From positions 1-64,000 of the forward strand of contig JALMLS010000321.1 in the NCBI GenBank assembly GCA_038496445.1: a stretch of DNA of 64,000 bases, written 5' to 3'. The notes beneath the pieces were generated by a model that worked only from the letters and a program-made list of their open reading frames with translations, was not told where the DNA came from and did not search any database. This DNA comes from Trichosphaerium sp. ATCC 40318 (lineage: Eukaryota > Protista > Tubulinea). Position 1 is the first letter of the stretch, and each line of letters starts with the position of its first letter. Positions 23,240 through 36,467 of this stretch are shown one piece after another. Made by a program: the position numbers and the translations under genes.

Positions 23240-25499
23240 ATGCAACAACGCTTCTATTTTGTTTTTATCGTCCTGGTTACGCTATGCGCACTAAATGCGT
23301 ATACGCAACCTACAGAGAAGTACAGTACGTGAAATAGTTTACTTCAATCCCTTTGTACTAACGAAACAGCTTGCAATCTATTCGTTGCGCCATGGGGCAA
23401 CGATAATAACGTACGCCTATCCAAAAAACACATTCTAGAAACAAGTCACCTAATCAAAGCTTAGACTTACGTAAATCGTACATCTCCTTTCCGTACAGTG
23501 TCTAAAGCACTGGAAATGGTGAAAGACGAAGTGCAACAAACAATTATATGTCTTGATGGTGAGCTGTAGTCTTTTTGAAAGTATTTTTTTTCAGAAAAGT
23601 CTTTTCGAAAACAAATCACTTTGTCACGTGCAACAACCACTTAGCTTTGATTACTTTTTTATAGGTGGAGACTATGAGCCAAGCGGTACCTATTATATGA
23701 CTGCCATGGGCGAGAGAGTAATAGCGCACCAACCATGGCAAAATATTGGTTCAGCAAAGAGAGTTAAAGTCATGGTATGTTCTGGACAACTTGTTAAATA
23801 TCTATTACTTACTTTGGTAAATACGAATAGTTTGAGTTCGATGGAGGTTTTCTTTTTACCATTGATGGATTAACAAACCCTGATCTGAACTTTAAGGTTA
23901 AGGATAATGATTCCATAATTAATCTAACAATTGTTGATACGGCAATAACCTCTTCAACCAGTACAAACAAAATCCTCACTAGTTGCAATTTTTGGTTAAA
24001 GTAGTTTTTTTAGATATAACATTAGGTGGTGGTTCTAACACTGTTGGAAGTGTAACTTTAACTAATTTGACTGTTACCAGCAATATGACGTTTTTAACTG
24101 CCTCTTCTTCTCATGTTTCAGTATTTGTGGAGAACTGTACGTTTGCATATAGCACTTATAAGATTCAAGGTACTGGCAAATAACAGAGACATTGAAACTA
24201 AAAATACCTTGTAGCAAGTTTTGTGAGTATCGTGGATAGCTATTTTAGTCTGGAGGAAATTGATAGATCTCTAGAGGTTACAAGCATAAACATTGATTTT
24301 AATCGGAACACTGTTTATGGTTGTGACTTTAATCCACTTTTTGTCGACATTCCAGTTTGTTTGTATTTCAACTCACCATCAAATATTTCCGGTTCTCTCG
24401 AAGTCACAAGTAACACTTTTATTGGATCAAACGCTTATTTTGCGTATGTAATACTTCCAGATGTTATACAATACAACGTTCTAGTAACTGAAAACAAGTT
24501 TGGATGTCTTGTAAGTGTATTTTTTTGTGCACTGTTAGAAATCAGAAAGTAACAATCTTTTCACTTCTAACGACCTCTGTAGGAAAAGAACAAGACTGAT
24601 TTTAGAGCTATTTATTTTTCAGATAATATAAAAAACCCAGATGTTTCGGATAACACTATAGAGTGCCAAAGTACGCTACCATTTCTTTTTTTTTTTTTTT
24701 TTTTGGGTTCTTTCAAAGTTGTTCTTATCAAAATTATAGTCAATTGCTCATCGTCATACCGTCAGAACGGTTCTGTTGCGTGTCTAATGTGTCCAAAAAA
24801 TGAATTTCAAAATCCAACCTATCCTACCATATGCTCTTGCCCACGTGGTGAGTTTTCACCTTTACAAGGTATATGTGCTCCGTGCCATTTTGGTACTGGT
24901 GGGTATGTAACTATATTACATTGCTAGCGTTAATTTGCATTCACAGAACATCAAATGGAACATGTGAATATTGTGTAGGAAATACATATGCTGATAGCAG
25001 CGGACTACCAAACTGTAAAATTTGCCCAAAAGGTCAACAAGGTGCTCATCGTGAAGGACAGAAGGGTAACACATTCTGTGAAGGCATTACTCCTTCAACA
25101 GCTTCGCCAACAACTGTTTCTCCAGCAGCTTCACCAACAACTGTTCCTCCAACAGCTTCGCCAACAACTGTTCCTCCAGCAGCTTCACCAACAACTGTTC
25201 CTCCAACAACTATTCTGCCGTCAAGTCCAATAACACACTCGCCAGCGGGTTCTTCCCCCACAGTTGCTCCCACTAATGGACCAACGAGTCCGTCAAGTAG
25301 AGACCCTGTACATAAAAAAGTGAACCCACTTATTTTCGTCGGTGCAGGCATAGCTGCAGTAGTCATAAGTAAGTATCTTTTCATTATCACGCTGCTTATC
25401 CTATTTTTATCAATCTAAACGAATTTAGTTACTCTTGTGATTGTTGGAGTAGTGTTTTTCTACCGCAGACAAACCTTCGGCTACACTCGTGTAGATTGA
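23240..25499 (+). CDS. Type I membrane protein: signal, beta-helix-like ectodomain, Cys-rich (TNFR/GCC2-like) repeats, S/T/P stalk, TM, short tail
   Basis: LFVAPWGND..SPFRTVSKAL; CLMCPKNEF, CEYCVGNTY, CKICPKG; ASPTTVPP repeats; TM; tail YRRQTFGYTRVD* with a YxxPhi motif. Confidence 0.7.
25096..25210 (+). repeat. 27-nt coding tandem repeat, about 4 units (xASPTTVPP)
   Basis: cagcttc(g/a)ccaacaactgtt(c/t)ctcca units. Confidence 0.85.
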
Positions 25500-26050
25500 G
25501 GTATTTAAATAACCAAGAAATAAAAAACCAAAATAAAACATTTCCGCTTGTGCCTTTGTCAAATGCCATAATTGGCCGAGTTTGATGCTTCAAAAAGGAC
25601 TACTGTGGTTTATATTTGATTTGAATACTCACATGTTTATTGTGTACGTAGTAATGCCTTGGAAAAAGCAGAACAAAAAACATGAAGTGATCTCAAACAT
25701 TACAAGTTTTTTAGTTTGGACTGTCAAAAAATAAAGCGACTACCAGTTTTAGCAATGTTGTAAGTCAGGTTTCGTTTGAGTAGTAGTTTACACCGCTTAG
25801 TATCTAAAATAATGCTATTTTGTGATAGCACTATGTATAATTTTCCAGGATGGGTTGTGAACATAGGTAGCCCATATCCCTACATGTATTTGTCTTATCT
25901 CACTACCCCAATCTATCTTTAATGAATGTTGTCAGATGTATTCCACTGCCTGATGCAGTTACCCTAGCACATATATTTGATAAGCCTTTGACTTGTTTTT
26001 TGAACAAAACAAACAATTCTTGATGTCTTTTCTTTATTTATTTACAGATA

Positions 26051-29000
26051 TTATGCTAATCCCGTTGTAGATGCATTTTTTATAACATCGGTAATACGTG
26101 GTTGTATTGCTTCAGGTGAACTTCGCTCAAAATGGTCGTAATAAAGTGCTTGGGCTGATTTTGCTATTTCAACGTGTATTTTAAGCTTTGGGCATTGATG
26201 GCGGAGGTCCCAGAAAAGAAACTTGCTTGTAATTTGTCTACAAAAACTAACATCGAGTGTTTCTAGTTGTACACATCTTTGTAATAATTTTTGAATACTA
26301 GTAATATACCATTAGACTCAACATACTTAATAAAAAGCAAAGCAAAAAAAAAAGAGAAAAAGTTTGTTTTTCTTGGACATTATCACGTGTTTGTTTCAGT
26401 TTCTTAATTTTACACGTACCTACTATTTCCAATAGTGCTCATATATGACATATTTAGTTCCTAGACGATTTTGAGTGTTAGGTTATTGTATATGAAAGAT
26501 CAACCCGGAGGTTGTGAGGTACCTTTAGATTTGTGCAGTGTTCGCTTAGGGCAATAACACTCATATTTGTTAGTGCTTTACAACGTGATATATACAAAGA
26601 CTCAAGCCCAGTTAGATCTTTAATCATAGCTGTGAACCCTTGAAAAGGAATTAAACAAAGCGGAGAGTAAAATTCACTGAAACGGAGATTATCCGCTTAT
26701 GAACCAAAAAGATTATTAGATTCGGTGGCGACAGGATTCGAACCTGCGAGCCACAAGGGCACTTGGTCTCAAATCAAGCTGCTTTAACCAACTGGCTACA
26801 CCACCGCTGTATGGATAAACAAGCGCTGTGGCGCAGAACACCCCAGAAAAAAAGCGAAACAACATGTACAAAGCCTGTGACTTTTTTTTTCTTTTTTTTC
26901 TTCGATTTTTGCGTACCAGAGTTAGTGGTGAGTCCACATTTACCCATTGCAAGAGTCTTAAGATTTGAAGCATAAGCACCAAGAGCAGCAAGAGATCTAT
27001 CTACACAAATTGAATTAACAAACAACCAAACAAACATTAGATCAGTGAAATAGTGTCGTACTTGAAATATTTGAACAACCAACAAATCCTAGTGTATCAA
27101 GAAGAGGGCATTTTCTTGCCAATGAAATTATAGTTACATCAGTAATCTTTTCACAACTATGCATTGAAATAGAACGTAGATTAAGTGGCTTCATATCAAT
27201 ATTATTCAAGAAAGCAAAGTTATGATTGCCAAGAGATCCATTGAATGATAAGATCAATGATGTCAACAGTGTACATCTAGTGAATAAATTCTCTAATGAT
27301 ACACCACTACAAACAATCAAAAGTCAAAAAAAGCAATAAGTTAGGTAGAAAAAAAATCACGTTTTTTTCCTTTGTGTTGACGTACAAATACTGATTGCAT
27401 TGTGTAAGATCTAACGCTTCTAATGCTGTACACTGCTGAGTGAGCATCTCAATAGCAGTATCCGTTACTTTTGTTGCTGTCAAGTCCAAGTCAGTTAGTG
27501 CAGGAGCATGTTTGAATAACATCATGATACTCTCATTGTTTACAGCCATACATTTGCGAACACAAAGGCGTTTTAAGTTTTTAGCATAAGGAGCAAAGAA
27601 GTGAATACATTGAGGTGATAGTGTAGGACATCCGCTTAAAGATAACTCTGTGAGGTGTAATGCTATAGCAGGTGTTTTCAACTTATAGCAAAACGTAGTA
27701 TTCATGGTCAAGTTTGCCCACATTCCCAACAATAAAGTCTGTTAAAGGAAATCAGATCATACACCTTTTCTGAGAATTACACGTGCCTTAACGTTAGGTA
27801 AATTCATATCTATACCCATTATTGAAGCATCTGTTATAAGACTACTCCCGGATAGCGTCAAATGTTGTATTGTCGTTAAACTTTTTGGTAAATTCAAAAA
27901 AGTGTCATCTGTAAAATTAGAATCTCCGGCAGTCAATTTTCTTCACACAGTAAGCAACAAATATTGATGTATTTACGGCAATAATGCGCACGTGAGTTTT
28001 TGCCACGGAGGCAATCGATCGATATTACCACAACCGGAGATATTAAGCTCTTCAAGTTGAGGCAAGAAAGTTGCAAGTTTTGACAAACCTAAATGGACCT
28101 CCATTTAGTTTCGTTGACTTCGTTAGCACTGCGAAAACTTAATTACCTTCATTATCAATCTCTGCATAAGGTATATCTAGTTTGGTTATATTTACAGAGA
28201 ATTGAGCCAAACTCAAAAGAGCAGGAACACTAAAGGGCGATGCATCATGGATAGTAAAAGAAGATAATTGACCAAGTTTTTTTGAGAGCACAGGGAATAT
28301 ATACATGTCATAGTGTGGTCCTCGTTTTAAAAATATCTAAGGCGCATGTGTTACGTCCACAATATTAAAATAAAGAGGCACTCATCTATATTACCTCAAC
28401 ATGAGCCAACAGTCTAAGATCGGAAGCTTGGTTTACACTATCAATTACTCTTTGCTTTAAGACATCATCTTGTACGCCCAATACTGTCTCATACAACCCA
28501 CCTACTCGTTTATACACTTTATGTGTGTCTTGCAGTTGTTTCACATGATCATTTCTATGTAAAGTGTATAACAGTCCCGTATCAAGCTTGTAAAGAATGT
28601 TAGTTAACAAGTGATTTTCAAGAAAAACCTGAGTGCTCTCTATTTTAAACAACTCTTACAACGTTAAAACAACAAGTTAAAGTTCTTTTTGCTATTGCTT
28701 GAGATTCAGTTATTGAGCTAAGGTGAAAACACGGCGCAACGTCAAAAAAGACAACAGCATTTACATCAAAACATGTCTTCGTACCGAGTAGTCAAGAAGT
28801 ATCTCTGCAAACTCTAAACTTGCTCCAGCATGTGTTTCATCTATAGACAGAGCTTGCTCTACTTTCTATTGATATATAAGCCACACAGACTTAACTCTAG
28901 ATTAACCGTACCTCCATTGCTTTTTTTAGAAACCAAAACTTTGTTGAAGAGTGATCTGACCTGAAATTCAGAGCAAATAAATGCAATGTACGACCCCACT

Positions 29001-31815
29001 CGTAAAATGCAAGTGTAGAGTTAGGTACTACTTTTACAGCTTGCTAAAGAAACACCATAAGAAGCAACCAAAGTACTACCCGAACCGTTTAAAGAACATT
29101 ACCTGAAAGCATCTGAACGCTCTGTAAAATAATCGCCTTGCTTCTGCTCCCTGAAATACATTAAATTATGTCTACACTCGTTGATTATATGTAAATTACC
29201 GTCCTTTGTTGAGCTTCAAGGCTAAGAGCCTACAACCAAACCTTAGTTGAAAGAAAAAAAAAATCAAAAAATTCATTCTCACCATGGCATCGCTTTGAGA
29301 AATAATGTTCATTGTTTTCACTAAAGCTTCGCGTTAAACTAGAAAACAAACAAACAATATAACGAAAATGCATTGATGAATAAATGCAATGAAGAGATTT
29401 ATACAAACAACAACATTTCAAGAAAATATTTTGGGATGCTCTTTTTAGGAATTACCTTTAACTCCAATTGAGACAATATCAGAATGTACTCTAACTTTGT
29501 TAGTAATCTTAAGCTTTAAGTATAGACGTACAGTAAGGTTGTTCCATATTCTAACACAACAGCTGCATCATCTTGTATTTTAATAGCTGTTAACACTTCC
29601 AATCGTTCAAGCAAGCTTCTAATTGAAATCAAGTCTAGCAGATTCACCTTGAAGGCATTAGCACGCATGATAGCATTTTGTTAATTCCTTACCTCTTCTA
29701 AACCTTCTGCTGATGACAAAGAGAATAGAAATTTAACCGAAACAAGCTGTTTAATTGTCTAGGAACATTAAACCACAAGCAAGTCGAGAAAAAAAAGTTG
29801 TTACCTTGGTCCAAAAAACTTGTCGGCTTTGAACAAATATCTGATTGTAGTAGTTCAATACAGACCTTATATACGGATCCTAAATGCTTTGAAATTAGAC
29901 TGATATTTAATAATACAAAGCATGTATTGCATACCGCACGTGGTACACAGATTTGTTTCATTTTTTCTCGTAGAATATATTTTAACTGATCTTTAAGTGT
30001 TCTTGCAACCATCTCAGTAAGTATCTGTTGTCGTTTTTGAAGTGATTTGATACCATATCTAACAAAACCCAAGTGACGTATATTAATCCCTTTCAATGAC
30101 TATCAGCTAAGAACAGATCGACTCTTTTTTTTCATACCCCTTCGATGAAGATTTTCTAGGATTTTATCAATACTCATGGACTTCCTGGCATCAAGCCATT
30201 TCGCAAACTCTGGTATAATTGTAGATAGCAACTTTCTACAAGCTTCTTTCACCTTTACAATATCAGAAAAAGCACAATAACCTAAACCGTGGCTAACCTC
30301 TGCATCATGAGTGCTTTGGTTCGGATCGTATCTACCCATTCCGCAAAGAGCATCAGAACTTAATGGACAAGAGTTAGATCTAACTAGTTCAGGTCGAAGA
30401 AGCTCGTAAAGGTGAGTTTTAGGGCCGCTACACAATTGTTATCCAAATAAGGCAGAATAGCGTACTCCTTTCTTATCTTGACTTGTGGAGGAAAAACACG
30501 TGCAAAATCAATGAGATAGTACTCGTTTGGGTTTGGTCCACAATGGCCCTTTTGAACATTAGTATTATCTCATACTGTGGTACGATACCTCAATATCAGC
30601 TGGTCCATAAATAGTAACTTGGTCTACACCAGCAACATGACGTTTTAAGTTAAGAACCTGTAAAAAAAATTAACCATAGCAACAAAAAGCAGTTTACCTT
30701 AGCTGCTTTTGACATAAGACTAGCAAACTCTTTGTCTTTCGAAACTACACCCTGGCCTTGTATAAATTTAATTAACATAAAATCCATCGTGGCAAGCACA
30801 AAATACTTACCTCCATCGCTTGAACCATAAATAAGTGTTTCATTGTTTATTGGCAACATGCTAACAGCCAGCACACGAAAACCTCGATAGTCAATAGAGC
30901 AAACAAGAGGTACATTTAAGTTTGGTATATGACAATTATAAAAGCAGTTACAAGCCTTTAATTCATGTGTTGCTGCTTTCATTGCGTTTTGATCTGAGCC
31001 ATATAAATTTTTAAGATCAAGTGCCACCTTTAAAAATGTTTAAGATATAATCAGGAAAAGTTTATCGCCCTCATACAGCACGTGAAAAAATTCAAATCAA
31101 AAATAGGTACCTTGAATAGTATGCCTTGACACATATACTTACGACCTACAAAGCATAACTTAGCTCAATGACAAGCAGTGTAAAGAATTTATAAATAATT
31201 TTTTTTTTCGCTCATTGAGCTAACTCTTACCTCCAGCAATCCCTGGCAAGTCTGCGCGGCTTATATTTTGCAAATGAGACGGTAAATATAACTCGGTTAT
31301 TATAATCCTAGCATATAGAGTAGCAGCGTAAACAAAATCGCGTCCGAGACTTGACAACGCTTGAAACTTTGCAATTGAGTCTGGCATCAATAGAATCTAT
31401 TAAAAACGTTAATTGAGGTACGGTATCAATACGCTAGTGCATTGTTATGGCGATGAAAGTAGCCTACAAACTATTAACGTACGTTTTGAAATTCTGCGTT
31501 CCAATCTTTCTCAAATTTGCCTGTGGCGGTATTATTTTCTGTTTCTAGCGTTTCACAGGCGTCGTAAGGTGAAAACACTGTTTGTTCTTTCTAAAATGTT
31601 TTAATACGCGTTTACGCCCTTAAATATCGTACGTTATTGACTTCGCTCACGTACATGTCGCTTGACGCATTTTCAACAGTTGAATTATAACTGTACAAAC
31701 AGTAATCTGGCGCGAAACTGCGTACAGGATCTTTTACAGGGTTGCTTTCCTCGTACGAGTATAAAGCACTCTGTTTCGCGTCATAGCCTCCAAAACCTTC
31801 TTTTTTATCCGCCAT
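26051..31815 (-). CDS. Clu-domain protein with helical middle region and C-terminal cysteine-containing LRRs; many introns
   Basis: RDWNAEFQ, GIAGG-RKY, YGSDQNAMKAATHELK, IDYRGFR, YGSSDGG, GPADIE, DFARVFPP, LYELLRPELV, LHRRGINIRHLG (Clu), then LRRs LTDLDLTATKVTD, CEKITD. Confidence 0.8.
26723..26805 (-). tRNA. tRNA-Ser(TGA)-like gene with long variable arm, inside an intron; atypical D arm
   Basis: Acceptor GGTGGTG/CGCCACC+G73, anticodon loop TTTGAGA, variable arm GCC..GGC, T arm GCAGG TTCGAAT CCTGT; T5 terminator shortly downstream. Confidence 0.72.
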
Positions 31816-32123
31816 GTGTTTTACTATGACACTAATCGCTACCACGAGGTCATACTAGCTAATTGGGCTACAGGTGTCAATGCACGTGATTAAGTGAGAG
31901 CGCATAAGCCGTGTACTCTTCTGCAATTCTACAGAGTAGTAATAACGGCATACTGCGCTAGATCATAAACATTAGCGCAACTAAGCCAATTTACATGAGG
32001 TTCTACACTTGTTGCAACTGAAGCTCGGCAAATACAAGATGTTTTGGAAGAATTTGTTTGTTTACTATTTGACATAGTTATTAAATTAAAACAGTAAAAT
32101 GATGAGTGTCTATTGTGGTTGTA

Positions 32124-32861
32124 TCAGATTGTAGAAAGTCCTAATTCTTTATACTTGATACCAGCTTCTTTAACAGCTTTCTTTGTGATGTTCCCTGTAC
32201 CCAGAGTAATTGTTTTAAGACTAGTCAAGTGTTTCAAGCAATCATTTGTTATACATCTACATCCATTGAGTTTGAGGTGTTCAAGATTGACTAAATGCTG
32301 TAGCCCAAAGTCTGTTATATTGTTACTGAAACTCATCAAAAGAGTATTGACATTTGTCAATTCCTTAATACCATCATCTGTCACTGAATGGCCATTCAAA
32401 ATATGGACTGTGTGTACACTACTTAGGTGCTTCAGCCATGAGTTTTTTGGATCTTCAAGGGTGATTTTGTGAACATCTTTTAGTGCCTTTATTCCATCGA
32501 CAGTTAAATAATCACAACCAAAAAGGTTTATTGTGTGAACACCGTTGAAATACTGAATTAAATCAGAAGTACCTTTACTGTATGTCAAGTTTATTCTGCG
32601 AACCCCATCAAGGCAGGCAACATTGTCCAAGGACAGGTTGCAACGATAACAATCGATTGTTGTATTTTTAAGCAACGGGCTGCCTTTGAGAACCTCAAAG
32701 TCAGATGGATTCTTTATAATAATGTATTCAAGCCCAATATTGTTTCGTATGATGTTATTGAAAAGGTGAGACACAATAGAAACGATAATACGTTGCTTTC
32801 TTGGTAATAACCGTAAAACATACGTTATTGTCTCTGGTGGTAGTTCATGAAGATTTTGCAT
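32124..32861 (-). CDS. Intronless F-box + LRR (VHTI-type) protein, intact
   Basis: LHELPPETITYVLRLL F-box; GSPLLKNTTI; repeats VHTINL..ITDDGIKEL; homologous to the gene at 6469. Confidence 0.85.
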   Translation of the reverse strand: MQNLHELPPETITYVLRLLPRKQRIIVSIVSHLFNNIIRNNIGLEYIIIKNPSDFEVLKGSPLLKNTTIDCYRCNLSLDNVACLDGVRRINLTYSKGTSDLIQYFNGVHTINLFGCDYLTVDGIKALKDVHKITLEDPKNSWLKHLSSVHTVHILNGHSVTDDGIKELTNVNTLLMSFSNNITDFGLQHLVNLEHLKLNGCRCITNDCLKHLTSLKTITLGTGNITKKAVKEAGIKYKELGLSTI

Positions 32862-32956
32862 TTAGCAGTCTACTGTTGAATGGGTTTGCACTTTTTTGGT
32901 GATGGTAGAAGGTCAAACGGGAGTCAACAATTTTCTATTTTTGTTTTCAGAAAGGT

Positions 32957-33400
32957 ATGACTCAACGAAAGGACAACGGAGATTCATCACAACACGTGAA
33001 TCTGCTATCTATGCCCATAGAGCTACACCATATGTGTATGGATATCGATAAATCTACAGCATATCAGTACTGGCCTTTATTATGTTACCATACAGCGTCA
33101 ATAACAAGATTTGATCACAATTTTCAAAAACATGGTGTTTGGTGTAATTACAAGAAAAGAGTACTTCGTGCTCAGTGTCGCTTTGAAAATGGTGTGAAAG
33201 TGGGGGTATTTAAGTGCTGGACTCAAGAAGGTAAATTATGGTGCGAAATGCCTTATGAACAAGGCAAGAAACATGGAGAACAAAAGCTTTGGATAAATGG
33301 AAAGGAAATAGTATACAAATATGTGAATGGTGTAAAACAAGAAAGTCGCAATAATGACCGCCGAAACACTGCCAGGGCCATGGATTACGATTACTGGTAG
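32957..33400 (+). CDS. Intronless F-box-like + short MORN-variant repeat protein
   Basis: LLSMPIEL...TRFDHNFQKHGVW...FENGVKVGVFKCW..YEQGKKHGEQKLW; homologous to the gene at 4975-5858. Confidence 0.78.
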   Translation: MTQRKDNGDSSQHVNLLSMPIELHHMCMDIDKSTAYQYWPLLCYHTASITRFDHNFQKHGVWCNYKKRVLRAQCRFENGVKVGVFKCWTQEGKLWCEMPYEQGKKHGEQKLWINGKEIVYKYVNGVKQESRNNDRRNTARAMDYDYW

Positions 33401-33475
33401 CATCTGGAATAGTATAAATCGTTGAAGCATGCAATGGTTTTTATTGAAGAATGTAAATAAGAGTATTCACTAAAA

Positions 33476-35647
33476 TTAGATTTGAGATATTAGAAATTTA
33501 GGCTCTGTTACAAACTTATGAATGGTAGAATACTTGTATGCCAAAGAATTTGGTTCTTCTGTTTCGGTCCACTTGAAATGTTGTACATAAGAAGTAACCG
33601 CTTTGTATAAAAGAGTCAATCCTATACGTTCTCCTGGACATCTTCTTATTCCTTGTCTAATACGTACAAGTTAATATTTTAAACTTAAAATGTATGGCTT
33701 GTTCTTGTTTGTTTGCTTACCCAAAAGGATTGATGTTACAAACAGGATCTAACCATCTTTTTGGATTGAACTCTGATGGATTCTCCCACTTATCACTGTG
33801 ACATTCGTTATGATGAACAAGATGTACAATAGCCTGTGTTTTTTGTCAGCGTATGAACAAAGTAAAAAGCACTCTTACTCCTTTCGGGATGGTGTATCCT
33901 GCCATGCTGATATCTTCTCTTGCTTTGTGAGGTACCAACATTGGTGCGATTGGTTTGAATCTGAATACTTCTTGTATAAAGTTCTTCAAACAAGGTATTG
34001 CTTGCAAGTCCTAGAAAGCAGGAACAACTATTAGATACAGGACGGACGTTTTCCCAAGCATTCAATACCTTAAGAGACATAATCTGAGCGTCTAATCCTT
34101 CCACGGACTCTCTTAGCTCAGCTTGAATTTCTGGATATTTGGCAAGCATTGTTACAGATCTAAAGAGAAACGTACATCAGATATTTTTGTATTGGTAGTC
34201 ATTGTACGTACGTTTGTAATGCATGTGCAGTTGTATCAAATCCCGCAGCTATTATCTCCATAAGAAAAGCAACAAGTTGATCCTCAGTGATATCAGGCAT
34301 TTCATTTCGTATGACATCAATCCAATGTCTTTTCTCTCCTTTGACATAGTTCTCACGTGTTTTTTTAATCAACTTTCTGTACAATCTATCTCTGTTTTCA
34401 ATCGTCTCTTTGAACTTACTCAACTAAGGCAATCGTTAGCTCCGTATTATCACAAAAACACTGCGCAGAATAGTGCAGAAATTGTTCACTTACTCTCTTT
34501 CCATCGAATACAGCACATGCAGGGAACAAGTCTTGTAGAAACGGCACCAAGAAACCTTCTACAACTTGGTCGGTGATTTTAAAGATATCAGAGATATCTT
34601 TGTCTTTGTGTTCGTATGCACGAATACCAAAAATTGTTTTTGAAATCATGTTGAATGTCAATCTGTATGAAATATCACTTCCTGACACGCTTTCTCCAGA
34701 TTCAGAACGTTTACTTAGCCACTCAATGGCATTGCTGACCTCGAAATTTATAATAGGCTCCATGGTCTGAATACACTTAGTATAATTTGAAGGCAATTAG
34801 TTCATGTACCTTCATTCCTTTTCCTGAAACAAGTTCGTTTTTGAATATCATTCTGTATGCTTTATGGTAGTCGTTATGATCAGACATTACGCAACCTATA
34901 TGTTACGAAGTTACTACTGATACGCAATACAAAGATGAAATAGTTACCTCCTTTAAGATCTGTTGAATAAATCATTCTTAATGCCAAGAAATCACTGAGT
35001 GGTCTTCAAAAGATGTTAGCTTAACTGCGGATTTGTTAAGTATTGAAGCTTACCTGTCCGAAAGTAACCGGCGATGCTTTGTTGCTGCTTCTTTGATGAG
35101 CTCAGGATCAGTGATAAATATCATCTAGTACACAATTTAAGCGCAAATTTACTCAGTTTAAAAATATGTTCACAATGAACGATCACATTAACTTAATGCA
35201 CCGAGCGATCACGTGATAATTTTAATACGCCTGTCTTACTTAACAATAACGTACAGTCTTGGCTCCAAAGTTCATACTGAATATACCGCCAAGTGTTTTA
35301 GAGTATTTCATTGTCGTCCTAGATTAAGAGTTCTTTAGTTATGTTCAAATCAATTCGAAAAAGTTTTGATCAAGCGCTAGAGTATTTGTATAAAAAAACG
35401 GAAACATTTTGGAGTTGTTTAGCACAGTACAATAGATTTTGTAACCGGATAATTTGTTCAGAAATGTTTTAGAAGATTTGTTGGCGTACTCGACCATTTT
35501 ATATGGATCTGTCCAAAGATGAAGGTGCCCAATCAAAGGGATACTGATTGGACTTGGTGGAAGGTTTAAAGCCTTATTTTTCAAGTTCTTGTTTACAGTC
35601 AGTGCTACGAATGCGCACAGCAATACGATAGATAAAAGTAGTATCAT
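33476..35647 (-). CDS. Cytochrome P450, copy A (apparently complete)
   Basis: N-terminal TM + PPSP..IPLIGHLHL; I-helix AGFDTT; ExxR (EVFRF); heme motif PFG-xGIRRCPG. Confidence 0.9.
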
Positions 35648-36467
35648 CGCTTGTTAACTCAAGGTGTTGTGTATTGGGATGTGATAGTATTTTGATTTCT
35701 TTTCTGTACGTCAAACAAAAGTTAAGAAGTAATGTGTGATTCATGGACAATTATTTTCCCGCACCAACAACACAACCTAACTGTATTGTATATAGCATAT
35801 AGCGTTTAAAGTACCCAACAGTTTTACCACGTGGTCCGTGATCTTCCCAAATAAAGTACCTAAGCAAAAGGTGTTACACTCATTGATGTACATATGTTTT
35901 AGCAAGCGGTGAAGGTCTACACAGAGTTGTCAACACAGCGTGTTATTCAGATAATTACGATGCCACAGTGGGCAAGTGAGGAATAACATGATATGAGCCT
36001 AGAACACATTGCTAGACCTACGTACTACATACATTTCACTAGCAAGGCCGAAAATTTCCTATTTGTTGTTGGTATCACACAAAACCAAAACTTCCCGAGC
36101 CTACACTAACATGTGATATTTAAAGCTACATCCGTGATAGTCAACAGCCCAGCAGAACCTGAATTGTGTAGTTCACAAGTTCTCTAAGTCTCCCCATTTT
36201 AAAAATGATTTGTTTAAGTTGTATCTACACAATGGGAACTGTTCCTAACAATAAATAGGATGGTGGTGCTTGTTATTCAGTCACGATTACATGTAGATTT
36301 CATTTTAAACAGGACATTTTAAGTATTGCAGGCCTACATCACTTAAACCAATTGTTGCTCTAAGAATTGGTACATTTTTCTGTTTTTCTGGACTTGCCAG
36401 CTACGAAATGATAGGTAATTGGGCGTTTAAAGTACCTTGCCGTCACGAAAATTTTGATGTTTTACTG

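Noticed and set aside
26723-26805. Selenocysteine or suppressor tRNA
   Set aside because: The anticodon reads TGA (Ser), not TCA, and the acceptor/T stems are the standard 7/5.
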